Shown here in pieces: positions 42,907 through 53,727 of a stretch of 64,000 nt of DNA. The notes under the pieces were generated by a model, which worked only from the letters and a program-made list of their open reading frames with translations, had not been told where the DNA came from and ran no database searches. Within the stretch, counting starts at the first letter, position 1. The number at the start of each line of letters is the position of its first letter. The stretch covers positions 8,746 to 72,745 of the forward strand of contig JAEEWM010000005.1 in assembly GCA_016287385.1 (NCBI GenBank), written 5' to 3'. Origin of the DNA: Clostridiaceae bacterium (GTDB taxonomy: Bacteria > Bacillota > Clostridia > Oscillospirales > Acutalibacteraceae). The position numbers were made by a program, and so were the translations under genes.

Positions 42907-45453
42907 ATGATGACAAATAAATATAAAGTCAGCGAATTCGCAAAAGATTTCGCCATGACTTCAAAGGAAATAACCGCGATAATCAAGGATTTGACCGGTG
43001 AAGAGAAAAAATCCGCTGCCGTGCTCGCCGAAAGCGAGATCGCGCTGCTTTTCGATTTTATCACTAAGAAAAACTCGGTGAAAAGCTTCGAGGAATATTT
43101 CGCCACCGGTGAGGAAAGCAGAGCGGCGGCGGCAAAACGCCGCAAGGAAGAGCGGGATAAGAAACTCGCCGACCAGCTTGCCATACTTGAACAGTTAAAA
43201 GCCGCGGCGGAAGCGGCACAGCGCGGCGAAGAGACGCCGGCACAGGAAAAGAAGCCGGCACAGGAAAAGAAGCCGGCCGGGAAAACCGCCGCTAAAAAGG
43301 TGAAGACGGATGATACCGCCAAGGCAGCCGAGGCGCCTAAGGAAACAAAGAAACCCGAAAAGAAGGCCGCCGCAAAGAAAACGGAGAAGAAAGCGGTCGA
43401 GGAAGAGGCGCCGTACGACGGTCCGCTGGTGGCTCCGCCCAAGAAGGAGAAGAAGCCGGGTGTGGCTCCCAATCGCGGCCCCGCGCAGCTTCGCCACGTC
43501 GATACCCGCGTTTCAAACGTAAACATTGATAAATATAACGAAAAATATGAGACTATCGCGCCGGCAAACACCATGCGCGACAACTTCACGCGCAAGCAGA
43601 AGATAAAGCAGAAATCTCAGGATTACCGCCGCCCGCAGGGCGCCAAGCGCGAGACCGAGGCGGATAAACTCAGGCGTATGCAGCTTGAGCGTATCAAGAA
43701 AACGCCCATTACCGTAACCGTCGGAGAAGAGATAACCGTCGGCGAGCTTGCCGCCGCGCTTAAAAAGACCGCGGCAGAGGTCATCAAGGAGCTTATGAAG
43801 CTCGGTATGATGGCGTCGGTAAATCAGGTGATAGATTACGATACCGCAGAAATAGTAGTGACCGAAATGGGCGCGAAGATACAAAAGGCGGTCGTAGTAA
43901 CCATTGAAGAGCAGATCATGGATATAACCGAGGATAAAGAGGAAGACCTCAAACCGAGAAGTCCTGTAGTCGTGGTAATGGGTCACGTTGACCACGGCAA
44001 AACCTCGCTTCTCGACGCCATACGCAATACCGCCGTTACCGATACCGAGGCGGGCGGAATAACCCAGCACATAGGCGCGTACCGCGTTAAATGCAAGGGC
44101 GAGGATATAACCTTCCTCGATACTCCGGGTCACGCCGCGTTTACGGCGATGCGCCAGCGCGGAGCGATGGCGACGGATATCGCAATACTTGTGGTCGCGG
44201 CGGACGACGGTATCATGCCGCAGACAATAGAGGCTATAAACCACGCAAAAGCGGCGAACGTTCAGATAATCGTCGCCATAAACAAAATGGATAAGCCGGA
44301 CGCTAATCCGGACAGGATATTACAGCAGCTCACCGAGCATTCGCTGGTCCCCGAGGAATGGGGCGGCGACGTTATATGCGTTCCGGTTTCCGCGAAAACG
44401 CACGAAGGCATCGATAAACTGCTTGAAAGCGTATTGCTCGTAGCCGAAATGCTTGAACTCAAAGCCAACCCCGACCGTAAGGCGAAGGGCGTTGTCATCG
44501 AGGCGCGCCTTGATAAAGGCAGAGGTCCGGTCGCTACGCTTCTTGTTCAGAACGGTACGCTTAATTCCGGCGATATAATCGTTGCCGGTACATCTGTCGG
44601 CAGAGTAAGAATGATGACCGATGAAAACGGCAAGCAGGTAAAGAGCGCCGGTCCGTCGGTACCGGTCGAAATAACCGGTCTTGCCGAGACGCCGGCGGCG
44701 GGCGACAGCTTCGACGCGGTATCGGATGAGCGCCTTGCCCGCGAGCTTGTTGAACAGCGTAAGGATAAGGCAAAGAAAGAACTCTTCGAGGCAAAAGAGA
44801 AGGTTACGCTTGATAACCTGTTCAGCCATATCGGCGAGGGCGACCTTAAACAGCTCAACATAATAGTTAAAGCCGACGTTCAGGGCAGTGTTGAAGCGGT
44901 TAAGTCCAGTCTTGAAAAGCTTTCCAACGAGGAAGTCAAGGTTGTCGCCATTCACGGCGGCGTGGGCGCGATAAACGAGTCCGATGTTATGCTTGCACAG
45001 ACTTCGGGCGCCATAATAGTCGGCTTCAACGTAAGACCCGACAGCGTCGCGAAGGCCGCCGCGGAGCGTGACGGCGTTGATATCCGTACCTATCGCGTTA
45101 TCTATGACTGTATTGAGGAAATAGAAGCGGCGATGAAGGGAATGCTTGCGCCTAAATTCCGCGAGAGCATTCTCGGCACGGTAGAGGTAAGAGATACCTA
45201 CAAGATTTCCAACGTCGGCACTATTGCGGGTTGCTATGTAACAAACGGCAAGGTCACCCGCGCGTGTCAGATAAGGGTTATACGCGACGGTATAGTTATC
45301 GCCGAGGACGCGATATCCTCGCTTCGCAGATTTAAGGACGACGTCAAAGAAGTGGCGCAGGGCTATGAGTGCGGTATAGGACTTGATAAGTTCGCCGATA
45401 TCAAGCTCGGCGACCAGTTTGAGGCGTTCATTATGGAGGAATACGCAGACTGA
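42907..45453 (+). CDS. infB: translation initiation factor IF-2
   Basis: GGGAGG then ATG 42907. Lys/Ala/Glu-rich N-terminus and G domain [21 protein letters not shown]. Confidence 0.95.
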   Translation: MMTNKYKVSEFAKDFAMTSKEITAIIKDLTGEEKKSAAVLAESEIALLFDFITKKNSVKSFEEYFATGEESRAAAAKRRKEERDKKLADQLAILEQLKAAAEAAQRGEETPAQEKKPAQEKKPAGKTAAKKVKTDDTAKAAEAPKETKKPEKKAAAKKTEKKAVEEEAPYDGPLVAPPKKEKKPGVAPNRGPAQLRHVDTRVSNVNIDKYNEKYETIAPANTMRDNFTRKQKIKQKSQDYRRPQGAKRETEADKLRRMQLERIKKTPITVTVGEEITVGELAAALKKTAAEVIKELMKLGMMASVNQVIDYDTAEIVVTEMGAKIQKAVVVTIEEQIMDITEDKEEDLKPRSPVVVVMGHVDHGKTSLLDAIRNTAVTDTEAGGITQHIGAYRVKCKGEDITFLDTPGHAAFTAMRQRGAMATDIAILVVAADDGIMPQTIEAINHAKAANVQIIVAINKMDKPDANPDRILQQLTEHSLVPEEWGGDVICVPVSAKTHEGIDKLLESVLLVAEMLELKANPDRKAKGVVIEARLDKGRGPVATLLVQNGTLNSGDIIVAGTSVGRVRMMTDENGKQVKSAGPSVPVEITGLAETPAAGDSFDAVSDERLARELVEQRKDKAKKELFEAKEKVTLDNLFSHIGEGDLKQLNIIVKADVQGSVEAVKSSLEKLSNEEVKVVAIHGGVGAINESDVMLAQTSGAIIVGFNVRPDSVAKAAAERDGVDIRTYRVIYDCIEEIEAAMKGMLAPKFRESILGTVEVRDTYKISNVGTIAGCYVTNGKVTRACQIRVIRDGIVIAEDAISSLRRFKDDVKEVAQGYECGIGLDKFADIKLGDQFEAFIMEEYAD
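43237..43272 (+). repeat. 18-bp in-frame tandem repeat in the infB linker
   Basis: CCGGCACAGGAAAAGAAG twice ([12 protein letters not shown]). Confidence 0.9.
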
Positions 45454-45845
45454 TGGCAGGATATAAATTAAACCGTGTTACTTCCGATATAAAAATATGT
45501 ATGAGCGAGCTTCTCCGCGAAGTCAAGGATCCGAGGGTCAGTAAGCTTATAAGTATAGTCAAGCTTGACGTTTCGGGCGATATGTCTTACGCCACGGTTT
45601 ACGTCAGCGCGATAGAGGGCGCCGAAGCCACAAAAGAATCGGTAAAGGCGCTTAATAAAAGCGCGTGCGGTTTTCTGCGGCGGGAGCTCGGGGCGCGGAT
45701 GAAGCTGCGCAAGGTGCCGGAGCTTCGCTTTGTCGCGGATAATTCCATTGAGATAAGCAGCGAAATACTCGGCATTATCAAATCGTTTGAAAAAGAAACG
45801 GATAAAGGCACCGAAGGTGATATAAATGAGCAAAAAACAGTGTAA
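45453..45845 (+). CDS. rbfA: ribosome-binding factor A
   Basis: R..R....I...L.E.L...KDPRV pattern. TGATG overlap with infB. Confidence 0.9.
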   Translation: MAGYKLNRVTSDIKICMSELLREVKDPRVSKLISIVKLDVSGDMSYATVYVSAIEGAEATKESVKALNKSACGFLRRELGARMKLRKVPELRFVADNSIEISSEILGIIKSFEKETDKGTEGDINEQKTV

Positions 45846-46821
45846 AGAATTGAATCTTCGCGCGGCGGCAAAATTTTTCAAAAAACGTAACAATTTTGCC
45901 ATTCTGACCCATTCTTCGCCCGACGGTGACACATTAGGCGCGGCGTACGCGCTTTACTACGGGCTTAAAGAAATGGGAAAAACCGCCGAGGTTTTATGTC
46001 CCGATATAATACCGTCCAAGTATTCGTATTTCGCGGTCACGACCGACCATATCAAAAGCGACGATCTTACGGTCGTTGCGGTGGACGTCGCGGATAATAA
46101 GCTGTTCGGTGCGTTGGATGCTGAATTCGGCGGCAGGGTGGAGCTTTGTATCGACCACCACGTCAGCAATGTCCGGTACGCGGATAATTTACTGCTTGAC
46201 AGTAAGGCGTCCGCCGCCTGTGAGATAATATACGAATTACTGAAAAAGCTTAAAGTCAATATAAACGACGTTACGGCGAAAGCGCTTTATACGGGTATCG
46301 CTACCGATACCGGCTGTTTCAAGTATTCGAATGTGACGGCGAAAACGCACCTTATTGCTTCAGAACTTATCAAATACGATATCAACGCGGCGGAAATAAA
46401 CCGGATTATGTTTGATACCAAATCCAAGCGGCTTTTACAGCTTGAAAGAATGGTGCTCGATACCGCGGAATATCATTTTGACGATAAGTGTATATTGCTT
46501 TGCGTTACCGCCGCCATGCAGGAAAAAACCGGCTGTTCCGGTCCCGACCTCGAAGGTATCGCGGTGATATCAAGAAGCGTTGAAGGCGTGCTTGCGGGAA
46601 TAACCGTTAAGCAGACCGGCGACCGCGAATTCAAAATTTCGCTTCGTACCTTCGAACCGCTTGACGGCGCCGCTATCTGCGGCAGCTTAGGCGGCGGCGG
46701 ACACAAGGCGGCGGCGGGCGTAACTCTTGAAGGTACGCTCGAAGAGGTGAAGGCAAAAATACTTGCCGCCGTGGGCGAAGGTATGGAGAAAGCAAATGTC
46801 TGGTCTTCTGCTGATAAATAA
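45826..46821 (+). CDS. nrnA: DHH/DHHA1 phosphoesterase (NrnA-type oligoribonuclease / pAp phosphatase)
   Basis: HSSPDGD, CIDHH, and GGGGHKAAAG (DHHA1). Confidence 0.85.
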   Translation: MSKKQCKELNLRAAAKFFKKRNNFAILTHSSPDGDTLGAAYALYYGLKEMGKTAEVLCPDIIPSKYSYFAVTTDHIKSDDLTVVAVDVADNKLFGALDAEFGGRVELCIDHHVSNVRYADNLLLDSKASAACEIIYELLKKLKVNINDVTAKALYTGIATDTGCFKYSNVTAKTHLIASELIKYDINAAEINRIMFDTKSKRLLQLERMVLDTAEYHFDDKCILLCVTAAMQEKTGCSGPDLEGIAVISRSVEGVLAGITVKQTGDREFKISLRTFEPLDGAAICGSLGGGGHKAAAGVTLEGTLEEVKAKILAAVGEGMEKANVWSSADK

Positions 46822-47695
46822 GCCGCAGGGAATGACTTCTTTCGGCGTTGTCGCAAAGGTGAAGCGTCTTACCGGGGAACGGCACGTCGGTCATACCGGC
46901 ACGCTTGACCCCATGGCAACCGGCGTTTTGCCGGTCTTTACAGGCAGAGCGACCAAGCTTTGCGATTTTATGCTTTGCGCCGATAAAAGCTATACGGCAG
47001 GAATACGGCTCGGCGTAGTTACCGATACTCTGGATATTACGGGTAAGGTTATATCCCGCGCCGATGTTTCGGTTTCCGTGCGCGAAATTGACGGTGTGCT
47101 CGCGGGTTTTCTCGGCGACGGTAAACAGACGCCGCCGATGTTCAGCGCTATCAAAAAAGACGGCGTTCGGCTTTACCGCCTTGCCCGCGAGGGGAAGACG
47201 GCGGATGTACCGGCGCGCGATATAACCGTTTTTTCACTTGTTCGTGAAAGCGAACCGGATGAAAACGGTGAGTTTACCGTATCGTGCAGTGTGTCAAAGG
47301 GTACGTATATACGCTCGCTTGTACGCGATATAGGTGAAAAACTCGGCTGCGGGGCGACTCTTTCGGCGCTCGTTCGCACAAAGACGGCGGGATTCGGTAT
47401 AGAGCAGTGCGTACCGCTCGATACGCTTACGGCGGAGAATATAAACGATTATATTCTGCCGGCTGATACGGCTGTAAGCGGATTTCCGCGGGTTTTTGTG
47501 ACCGCGCCGCAGGCGTTTCGTTTTTCAAACGGCGGAGCGCTGTGCCTTGACCGTCTGCCGCGCGTCGATTTTGCCGACGGTGAAATAATAAGAGTATATT
47601 CAAAAGATTTGTTCATAGGACTCGGCGCTGTTTCGCTTTGTGAAAACGAGCTTAAATTCAAGTGTCTGATAAATCCGTCAAAAGAGGTAAGTTAA
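46796..47695 (+). CDS. truB: tRNA pseudouridine(55) synthase
   Basis: GLLLINKPQGMTSF and GHTGTLDPMATGVLPV. ATG 46796; the ORF-track start is 46763. Confidence 0.93.
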   Translation: MSGLLLINKPQGMTSFGVVAKVKRLTGERHVGHTGTLDPMATGVLPVFTGRATKLCDFMLCADKSYTAGIRLGVVTDTLDITGKVISRADVSVSVREIDGVLAGFLGDGKQTPPMFSAIKKDGVRLYRLAREGKTADVPARDITVFSLVRESEPDENGEFTVSCSVSKGTYIRSLVRDIGEKLGCGATLSALVRTKTAGFGIEQCVPLDTLTAENINDYILPADTAVSGFPRVFVTAPQAFRFSNGGALCLDRLPRVDFADGEIIRVYSKDLFIGLGAVSLCENELKFKCLINPSKEVS

Positions 47696-48543
47696 TGAAA
47701 ACCGCAATAGTTTTAGGCACGTTTGACGGGCTTCACGAAGGTCACCGTGCGGTTATTGAAGCCACCCTCGGCTATAATACCGTGGCGGTCACGTTTGATA
47801 TACCGCCGAAGGCGTTTTTCGGGGGTTCAGCCGAACTGCTCATGCTGCCTGAGGATAAGGCGCGCGGGCTTAAAGCGCTCGGCGTCGGCGAGATACTGAC
47901 TCTTGATTTCAAAGCGGTATCTGAATTGAGTGAATACGAATTCTTCGATTTTCTCAAAAAAAAGTATTCGCCCTCACTTATCGCCTGCGGCTTCAATTAC
48001 CGCTTCGGCAAAGGCGCGAAGGGCGACGTGCGGACTCTCGCGGCGCTTTGCGGTGAAAACGGCGTCGCGTTCAGGTGCGTTGACAGTGTGGGCGGCGAAC
48101 AGCCGATATCGTCAAGCGCGCTTCGCACAATGGTATCAAACGGAGAGGTGGAGCGGGCAAACAGCCAGATATTCGGCGGATTCGGCTTTACCGCGCCTGT
48201 TCTTCACGGCGATTCACGCGGCAGGATATTCGGCTTTCCCACCGCCAATCAGGAGTTTCCGGATAAACTTGTAAAGCCGAAATTCGGCGTTTATGCGAGT
48301 AAAACCGTTATTGACGGCATAGAATATGAAAGTATTACCAATTTAGGGGTAAGACCCACGTACATGACCGATTTTATAGGCACGGAAACGTTTATAGGCG
48401 GGCTTGAGGGTGAGATTTACGGCAAACAGGCAACGCTCAAGCTTTTGCGGTTTGTACGTCCCGAGGAAAAATTTTCCTCCTCCGAGGCGCTTAAAAACGC
48501 GGTAAAAGCGGATATAAAATCCGTTCTCGGAATAGAATTGTAA
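47695..48543 (+). CDS. ribF: bifunctional riboflavin kinase / FMN adenylyltransferase
   Basis: GTFDGLHEGH, and the kinase part GFPTAN...GVRPT. TAATG overlap with truB. Confidence 0.92.
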   Translation: MKTAIVLGTFDGLHEGHRAVIEATLGYNTVAVTFDIPPKAFFGGSAELLMLPEDKARGLKALGVGEILTLDFKAVSELSEYEFFDFLKKKYSPSLIACGFNYRFGKGAKGDVRTLAALCGENGVAFRCVDSVGGEQPISSSALRTMVSNGEVERANSQIFGGFGFTAPVLHGDSRGRIFGFPTANQEFPDKLVKPKFGVYASKTVIDGIEYESITNLGVRPTYMTDFIGTETFIGGLEGEIYGKQATLKLLRFVRPEEKFSSSEALKNAVKADIKSVLGIEL

Positions 48544-48569
48544 AGAACTGATGAAGGAAGGTTTATTTT

Positions 48570-49310
48570 ATGAAAAAAGTTTTATCCGCCTGTCTTATGC
48601 TCGCACTGGTCGCGTTATTATGCCTTGCGGGTTGTGACAGCATCGAAAGGGAATACGATACCTCCGAGGCTATGACGTCCTCCGGCGGTAAGAACGGCGG
48701 CGCTAAAACCGACGTAAACATTCCGGAAATCAAATCGACCGACCGCGTGATGTCCACATTTTTTGATATAAGCCTTTACGATGAGGAGAACTACGCGAAT
48801 ATATACCTGCCTAAGGATTTTGAGTATAAAGCGACCTATTCGGGCACGAGCATCGATATGCCTTCAAGCTACAAGGATATGGTTAAAAACAACTGGACGC
48901 TTGTTGAAACGGCGGAAATCAAGTCCGATTCCAAAATAATGGCGGGCGAAGCGGCTTCGGCGGCATTTACCGATTCCTACGGCAAACTGATAACCGCCGT
49001 ATTCTTCAATAAATCCACCCGTTCGCAGGCGCTCATTTCCTGCCCGATAGTAAAATTTGTGGTTGAAGAGAACTATAAATATAAAAACGGCTCGCGGTAC
49101 GGTCAGTTCTGGGTGAACGGCGTAACAAACGATTCCGCGATAACCGACGTAGTTGACTGCCTCGGCGCTCCGTCGCATTTCTACGCGGTGAACGAAAACG
49201 AATATTATCTCGATTATTTTCTTACCGAAAGCGACAGGCGCAGTAAAATAACCGTATATATCGACGTTGCAAACGATGGAGTGACTAAAATTGAGTTTTC
49301 AAAATACTGA
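48570..49310 (+). CDS. lipoprotein, function unknown
   Basis: Lipobox LCLAGC. No recognised domain. Confidence 0.7.
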   Translation: MKKVLSACLMLALVALLCLAGCDSIEREYDTSEAMTSSGGKNGGAKTDVNIPEIKSTDRVMSTFFDISLYDEENYANIYLPKDFEYKATYSGTSIDMPSSYKDMVKNNWTLVETAEIKSDSKIMAGEAASAAFTDSYGKLITAVFFNKSTRSQALISCPIVKFVVEENYKYKNGSRYGQFWVNGVTNDSAITDVVDCLGAPSHFYAVNENEYYLDYFLTESDRRSKITVYIDVANDGVTKIEFSKY

Positions 49311-50514
49311 CAGGGAAAACGCGCTTTGTTTCAGCGAAGCGGATATACTGCTTCCGAAACAGAATATGGAGAAATTCGCGGTCATAGCCTGCGACCAGTT
49401 CACAAGCGAACCCGGATACTGGGAAAAAGTCCGCGATTTTACGGCAGGATACAATACCGCCTATGAGCTGATATTGCCCGAAATCTATCTTAAAGACGAT
49501 AACCGCGACGCGATAAGGCGCATAAATTCCAATATGGAAAAATACCTGCGCGAGGGCGCGTTCAACGAAATCAAGGATTCTTTTATTTTTGTAAGGCGCC
49601 TGCAAAGCGACGGTATTATACGCGAGGGTCTTATAGGTAAAATCGACCTGCGCGAGTATTCCTATTTGCCGGGCGGCTCCGGAAAAATACGTTCGACCGA
49701 GAAGACCGTTATCGAGCGTATACCTCCCCGTGCCGAAATAAGGCGGGGCGCGCCTATCGAGCTTCCGCACGTTATGCTTTTGTTTGATGACGAAAGCGAC
49801 GGCGTAATGAAATATCTTGAAGGCAGAAAAGAAGAGTTTGAAAAGCTCTACGGTTTTGAGCTCTTCGGCGGTTCAGGCAGTATTGAGGGCTACCGCCTTG
49901 ACGTTTCCGCAAAAGAGCAGGTAAAAAAACTGCTGAAAGAAACCGAACAAAAGAATGACGGATTGCTTTTCTGCGTAGGCGACGGAAACCATTCGCTTGC
50001 CGCGGCAAAAAGCATATATGAGCAGTCGAAAAGTGAGTGCGACCGCTACGCGCTGGTTGAAATCGTGAATATCCACTCGCCCGCCATAAACTTCGAGCCG
50101 ATTTACAGGGTGCTTTTTGATGTTGACCCCGATAAAACGGCGGACGGTTTTATACGCTATTGCGAAAAAAAAGGCGGCAGGTACAGGCACGATTTTTCGT
50201 GCGTTTATAAGGGCGGGAAAAGAGAATTTTCGGTGCTTTCCGATTTTTCTTTGCCGGTGGCGGCGCTGCAGGATTTTCTCGACAGCGAAATGCCGAAGGT
50301 TAAAATCGACTATATCCACGGTATAGATTCTACGGTGAATATAGCGACCAGCGCGGAAAACCGCGTCGGCTTCATTTTTGACGGAATGAAGAAAAGCGAG
50401 CTGTTTTCCGCCGTGATAAAGGACGGCGCGCTTCCGCGCAAGACATTTTCAATGGGACATGCTCTCGATAAGCGTTTTTACCTTGAAGGCAGAAAAATAG
50501 GAAACAGGGGATAA
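49291..50514 (+). CDS. DUF1015 family protein
   Basis: VIACDQFTSEPGYW and VGDGNHSLAAAK resemble the DUF1015 PPYD / DGHHR regions. Start uncertain (TTG 49291). Confidence 0.6.
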   Translation: MSFQNTDRENALCFSEADILLPKQNMEKFAVIACDQFTSEPGYWEKVRDFTAGYNTAYELILPEIYLKDDNRDAIRRINSNMEKYLREGAFNEIKDSFIFVRRLQSDGIIREGLIGKIDLREYSYLPGGSGKIRSTEKTVIERIPPRAEIRRGAPIELPHVMLLFDDESDGVMKYLEGRKEEFEKLYGFELFGGSGSIEGYRLDVSAKEQVKKLLKETEQKNDGLLFCVGDGNHSLAAAKSIYEQSKSECDRYALVEIVNIHSPAINFEPIYRVLFDVDPDKTADGFIRYCEKKGGRYRHDFSCVYKGGKREFSVLSDFSLPVAALQDFLDSEMPKVKIDYIHGIDSTVNIATSAENRVGFIFDGMKKSELFSAVIKDGALPRKTFSMGHALDKRFYLEGRKIGNRG

Positions 50515-50551
50515 AAGGTTTACATAAAACATAATACAAGGGGGAGTTAAC

Positions 50552-52069
50552 GTGCATAATAAAAACAGATTTTTAAGTGTGTTTTTGTGCGTGACTCTTC
50601 TTTTTTTGTCGGTTTTTACGCAAAAAACGTCGGCTTTGGCACAAACCGGTCGAATAACGGGCGACGGCGTTAATATGCGAAACAAACCCGATTCCGGCAA
50701 TTCCGAAATAATAACCACGCTCAGTAAGGATACGGTGGTGCAGATAGATGAAAAGGTCACCGGCAACGAGGCGGAAAGCGGAAGCGGTAATATCTGGTAT
50801 AAGGTGACGGCGGCGGGTAAAACCGGTTATGTTTACGGTAAGTATGTTCAGCTTATCAATTCGCCGGATTACGACGGAAATTTTGAAAAAAATCTTCTTA
50901 ATTTCCCCGAAAGCTACCGGGCGGCGCTTCGTGAAATACACGCGGCGTATCCCAACTGGGTATTTATCGCGGATAACGTGGATATCAGTCTTGACGCCGC
51001 GATAAATCTTGAATACGGCGGCGATAATATCTTTGCCACAAAAAAGCGCGTTGAACTTACCTACGGTATCGAATGGTATGACAGCCGCGTGGTCGCAAAT
51101 GACGGTAAATATATTGACGAGGGCAGGTGGACGTATCCGTCGAAGCAGGCGATAGCCTTCTTTATGGACCCCCGAAACGCGCTTAAAATATCCGGCGATA
51201 AAGGTTCTTTTCCGAATATATTTACTTTTATGCAGCAGTCATACGACGCGGGTGTTCAAACCGCAGAGGGACTCAGAACGGTTGTAAAAAACACTTTTCT
51301 TGAAAACGGCTACGGCGGTGTTAAAGACGCCTATATAACGGATATTATGAACGCGGCGAGAGAATCGGGAGTAAGCCCCTATATAATAGCCGCGACCATA
51401 ATAACCGAGCAGGGTACAAACGGAACAAGCTCGCTTATCAGCGGTACGTATAAGGGATACGAAGGTTATTATAACTTCTTTAACTACGGCGCGACGGGTG
51501 ATAACGTCATTAAAAACGGTCTTGAATACGCGAAAACGAACGGCTGGAACAGCCGCGCCGCGTCGATAACCGGCGGTGCCGTTAAATACGGTTCCGGTTA
51601 CATAAGCAAAGGGCAGGATACTTATTATTATATGGATTTCAACGTTAAAACGCCCTCTAAAATATCGCACCAGTACGCCACAAGTCTTTATGACCAGTGC
51701 GTAAAGGCGTCGAGCGCGAAAAAAGCTTATATTTCAAATACAAGCGGCGCGCTTACCTTCAAAATACCGGTTTACAGCAGTATGCCGGAAAAGGTTTACG
51801 CCGCTCCGAGCATAGCGGATATGGCAAGCTCCGGCGGAAGTCAGAATCAAGGCGGGCAGACGGGTCAGACTGAAAGAAAAAAAGGTGACATCAGCGGTGA
51901 CGGTATAATAAACGGTAAAGACCTTGCAATGCTGAAATCCTATCTTTTAGGGCTCAGAACACTTACCACAGAGGAAAAAACCTATGCCGAAGTAAGCGGG
52001 GATAATCAGCTCAACGGAAAAGACCTCGCAATTATAAAAATGTATCTTTTAGGGAACAGGACGCTGTGA
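50552..52069 (+). CDS. secreted SH3b + glucosaminidase-type peptidoglycan hydrolase with C-terminal dockerin
   Basis: Signal peptide and SH3b (GRITGDGVNMRNKPDSG...WYKV...GYVYGKYV). Glucosaminidase core (VSPYIIAATIITEQG...YNFFNYGA). Two dockerin Ca-loops, DISGDGIINGKDLAMLKSYLLG and VSGDNQLNGKDLAIIKMYLLG. Confidence 0.8.
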   Translation: MHNKNRFLSVFLCVTLLFLSVFTQKTSALAQTGRITGDGVNMRNKPDSGNSEIITTLSKDTVVQIDEKVTGNEAESGSGNIWYKVTAAGKTGYVYGKYVQLINSPDYDGNFEKNLLNFPESYRAALREIHAAYPNWVFIADNVDISLDAAINLEYGGDNIFATKKRVELTYGIEWYDSRVVANDGKYIDEGRWTYPSKQAIAFFMDPRNALKISGDKGSFPNIFTFMQQSYDAGVQTAEGLRTVVKNTFLENGYGGVKDAYITDIMNAARESGVSPYIIAATIITEQGTNGTSSLISGTYKGYEGYYNFFNYGATGDNVIKNGLEYAKTNGWNSRAASITGGAVKYGSGYISKGQDTYYYMDFNVKTPSKISHQYATSLYDQCVKASSAKKAYISNTSGALTFKIPVYSSMPEKVYAAPSIADMASSGGSQNQGGQTGQTERKKGDISGDGIINGKDLAMLKSYLLGLRTLTTEEKTYAEVSGDNQLNGKDLAIIKMYLLGNRTL

Positions 52070-52087
52070 TTAACGGGAGGTAGTTTT

Positions 52088-53626
52088 GTGAAAAAAGCCG
52101 TAAGTGTTTTTATCGCGGTCGTGTTTACGCTTTGCATGATAAGCGTGCAGGCAAACGCCGCGGTGTATAAAGACAGTCTTTCAATTTCTTTAAGTAAAAA
52201 GGAGGTTACGGTAGGCGGTACGGTTACCGTAACGCTCACATATAACGCAAAATACGATATGACGGTGGTTACCGGTCAGCTTAAATATAACCGGGCGGTG
52301 CTGCAGCTCGCGTCGTCGAGCGAAGACTATAACGATACCGGCTCGGTGATAAACATTGCCGCGGATTTCAACAGGACGAGAAGTAAAAGCATACAGTTGA
52401 AGTTTAAGGCGACAGCGGCGGGCGAGGGCTCTCTTTCGTGCAGTATGCAGGGCTTCTCGGGCGGCACCGACGACAGCGAGGGGAGCGCGGCCGCGGGCAC
52501 TGCGATCACCGTGGCAGAGGCAAAGCCGTCAAGCAACAATAATCTTTCTTCAATAAAGCTCAGCGAGGGCAGCCTCAATCCGGAATTTCGCCAGGGTACT
52601 TTGAATTACACCGTAACTGTTAAAAATTCGGTTGAAAAAATTACTCTCGGTGCAAACGCGGTGGCGGGCGATTCGGTTGTGGACGGACTCGGTACCTTTG
52701 ACCTTTCGGTGGGCGAAAACAAGTTGAGTATTACGGTAAAAGCGGCTTCGGGCGACAGAAAAACCTATACCGTAACCGTAAAGCGTATGACCGAGGAGGA
52801 AACGCGCGAAGCCGAGATAGCCGAAAGGGAGAATAATCCGCTTTTGTTTGTTACAGGCGGTGAGGACCGTTACCTTGTGTCCGATATTTCGGCGCTGGCG
52901 GTGCCGGAAGGGTATAAGCTTTCCTCGGCGGAGCGCAAGGGTGCCGAGATAGGCGTGCTTGAAGATAACGCCGGTAAATATAAACTTTTCTGGGCGACCG
53001 ATGCAAGCGGCGGCGACGGCGCTTTCTATACAGAGGGTGAGGACGGCGCTTTTGTCCGCGTAAACGCGATACTTACCGGCGGCAGAATTTATATTATAGA
53101 GCCGTTCGGGGAGGAACTCGCCGTAAACGAAATGTTCGTGCCCGGTAAATATGAAGCGGACGGCGTTTCGATAGACTGCTATAAATACGCCGAAGAAGAG
53201 TTTTCGGATTTTTACGTCTTTTATTGCTATGTAAACGGCGAAAACGGTTACTATATTTTTGACGCGGCGCAAAACACAATGCAGCGCGAGCCGCTTCTGT
53301 TATACAAACCGCCGAAAGCCGTTGAAAGCAAAAACGAGGCTTCAAAAGAATCGTATATTGACCGGTTCCTCGAGCTTGACGCCACCGCGAAAACGGTCGT
53401 TTTGCTGCTTGCTTTTGCGGCGGTGATGATAATTACGCTGATAGTTCTGCTTATAGTAAAGGCGCATATCAGGCGAAAGGGTGTAAGCGGCGACGGTATA
53501 TCGGATGAGTTTGATTTTTCATCAATACAAGACGAATACGCGGACGAAGACGGAGCGCGGGACGCGGCGCAGACGTCCGCCCCGGTCGGCGGCGAAAACG
53601 CGAAGTCCGACGAAGACGGGTTTTAA
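52088..53626 (+). CDS. membrane-anchored cohesin-like + cadherin-like beta-sandwich protein
   Basis: Signal peptide and a cohesin-like module (VTVGGTVTVTLTYNAKYDMTVVTGQLKYNRAVLQL...LKFKATAAGEGSL). Cadherin-like module (LSSIKLSEGSLNPEFRQGTLNYTVTV...YTVTVKR). Late TM helix and acidic tail. Confidence 0.65.
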   Translation: MKKAVSVFIAVVFTLCMISVQANAAVYKDSLSISLSKKEVTVGGTVTVTLTYNAKYDMTVVTGQLKYNRAVLQLASSSEDYNDTGSVINIAADFNRTRSKSIQLKFKATAAGEGSLSCSMQGFSGGTDDSEGSAAAGTAITVAEAKPSSNNNLSSIKLSEGSLNPEFRQGTLNYTVTVKNSVEKITLGANAVAGDSVVDGLGTFDLSVGENKLSITVKAASGDRKTYTVTVKRMTEEETREAEIAERENNPLLFVTGGEDRYLVSDISALAVPEGYKLSSAERKGAEIGVLEDNAGKYKLFWATDASGGDGAFYTEGEDGAFVRVNAILTGGRIYIIEPFGEELAVNEMFVPGKYEADGVSIDCYKYAEEEFSDFYVFYCYVNGENGYYIFDAAQNTMQREPLLLYKPPKAVESKNEASKESYIDRFLELDATAKTVVLLLAFAAVMIITLIVLLIVKAHIRRKGVSGDGISDEFDFSSIQDEYADEDGARDAAQTSAPVGGENAKSDEDGF

Positions 53627-53650
53627 GCCGCCCGCGGCGTGTAAAAGATA

Positions 53651-53680
53651 TTGACAACGATATTTGCCTTGTGATATAAT
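53651..53680 (+). promoter_or_regulatory. sigma-A type promoter
   Basis: TTGACA, 18 nt, TATAAT, with TGa extended -10. Confidence 0.6.
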
Positions 53681-53727
53681 ACGCGTGTGTTTTTACACGA
53701 ATAATTTTAATTATCAGGAGGAAAACC

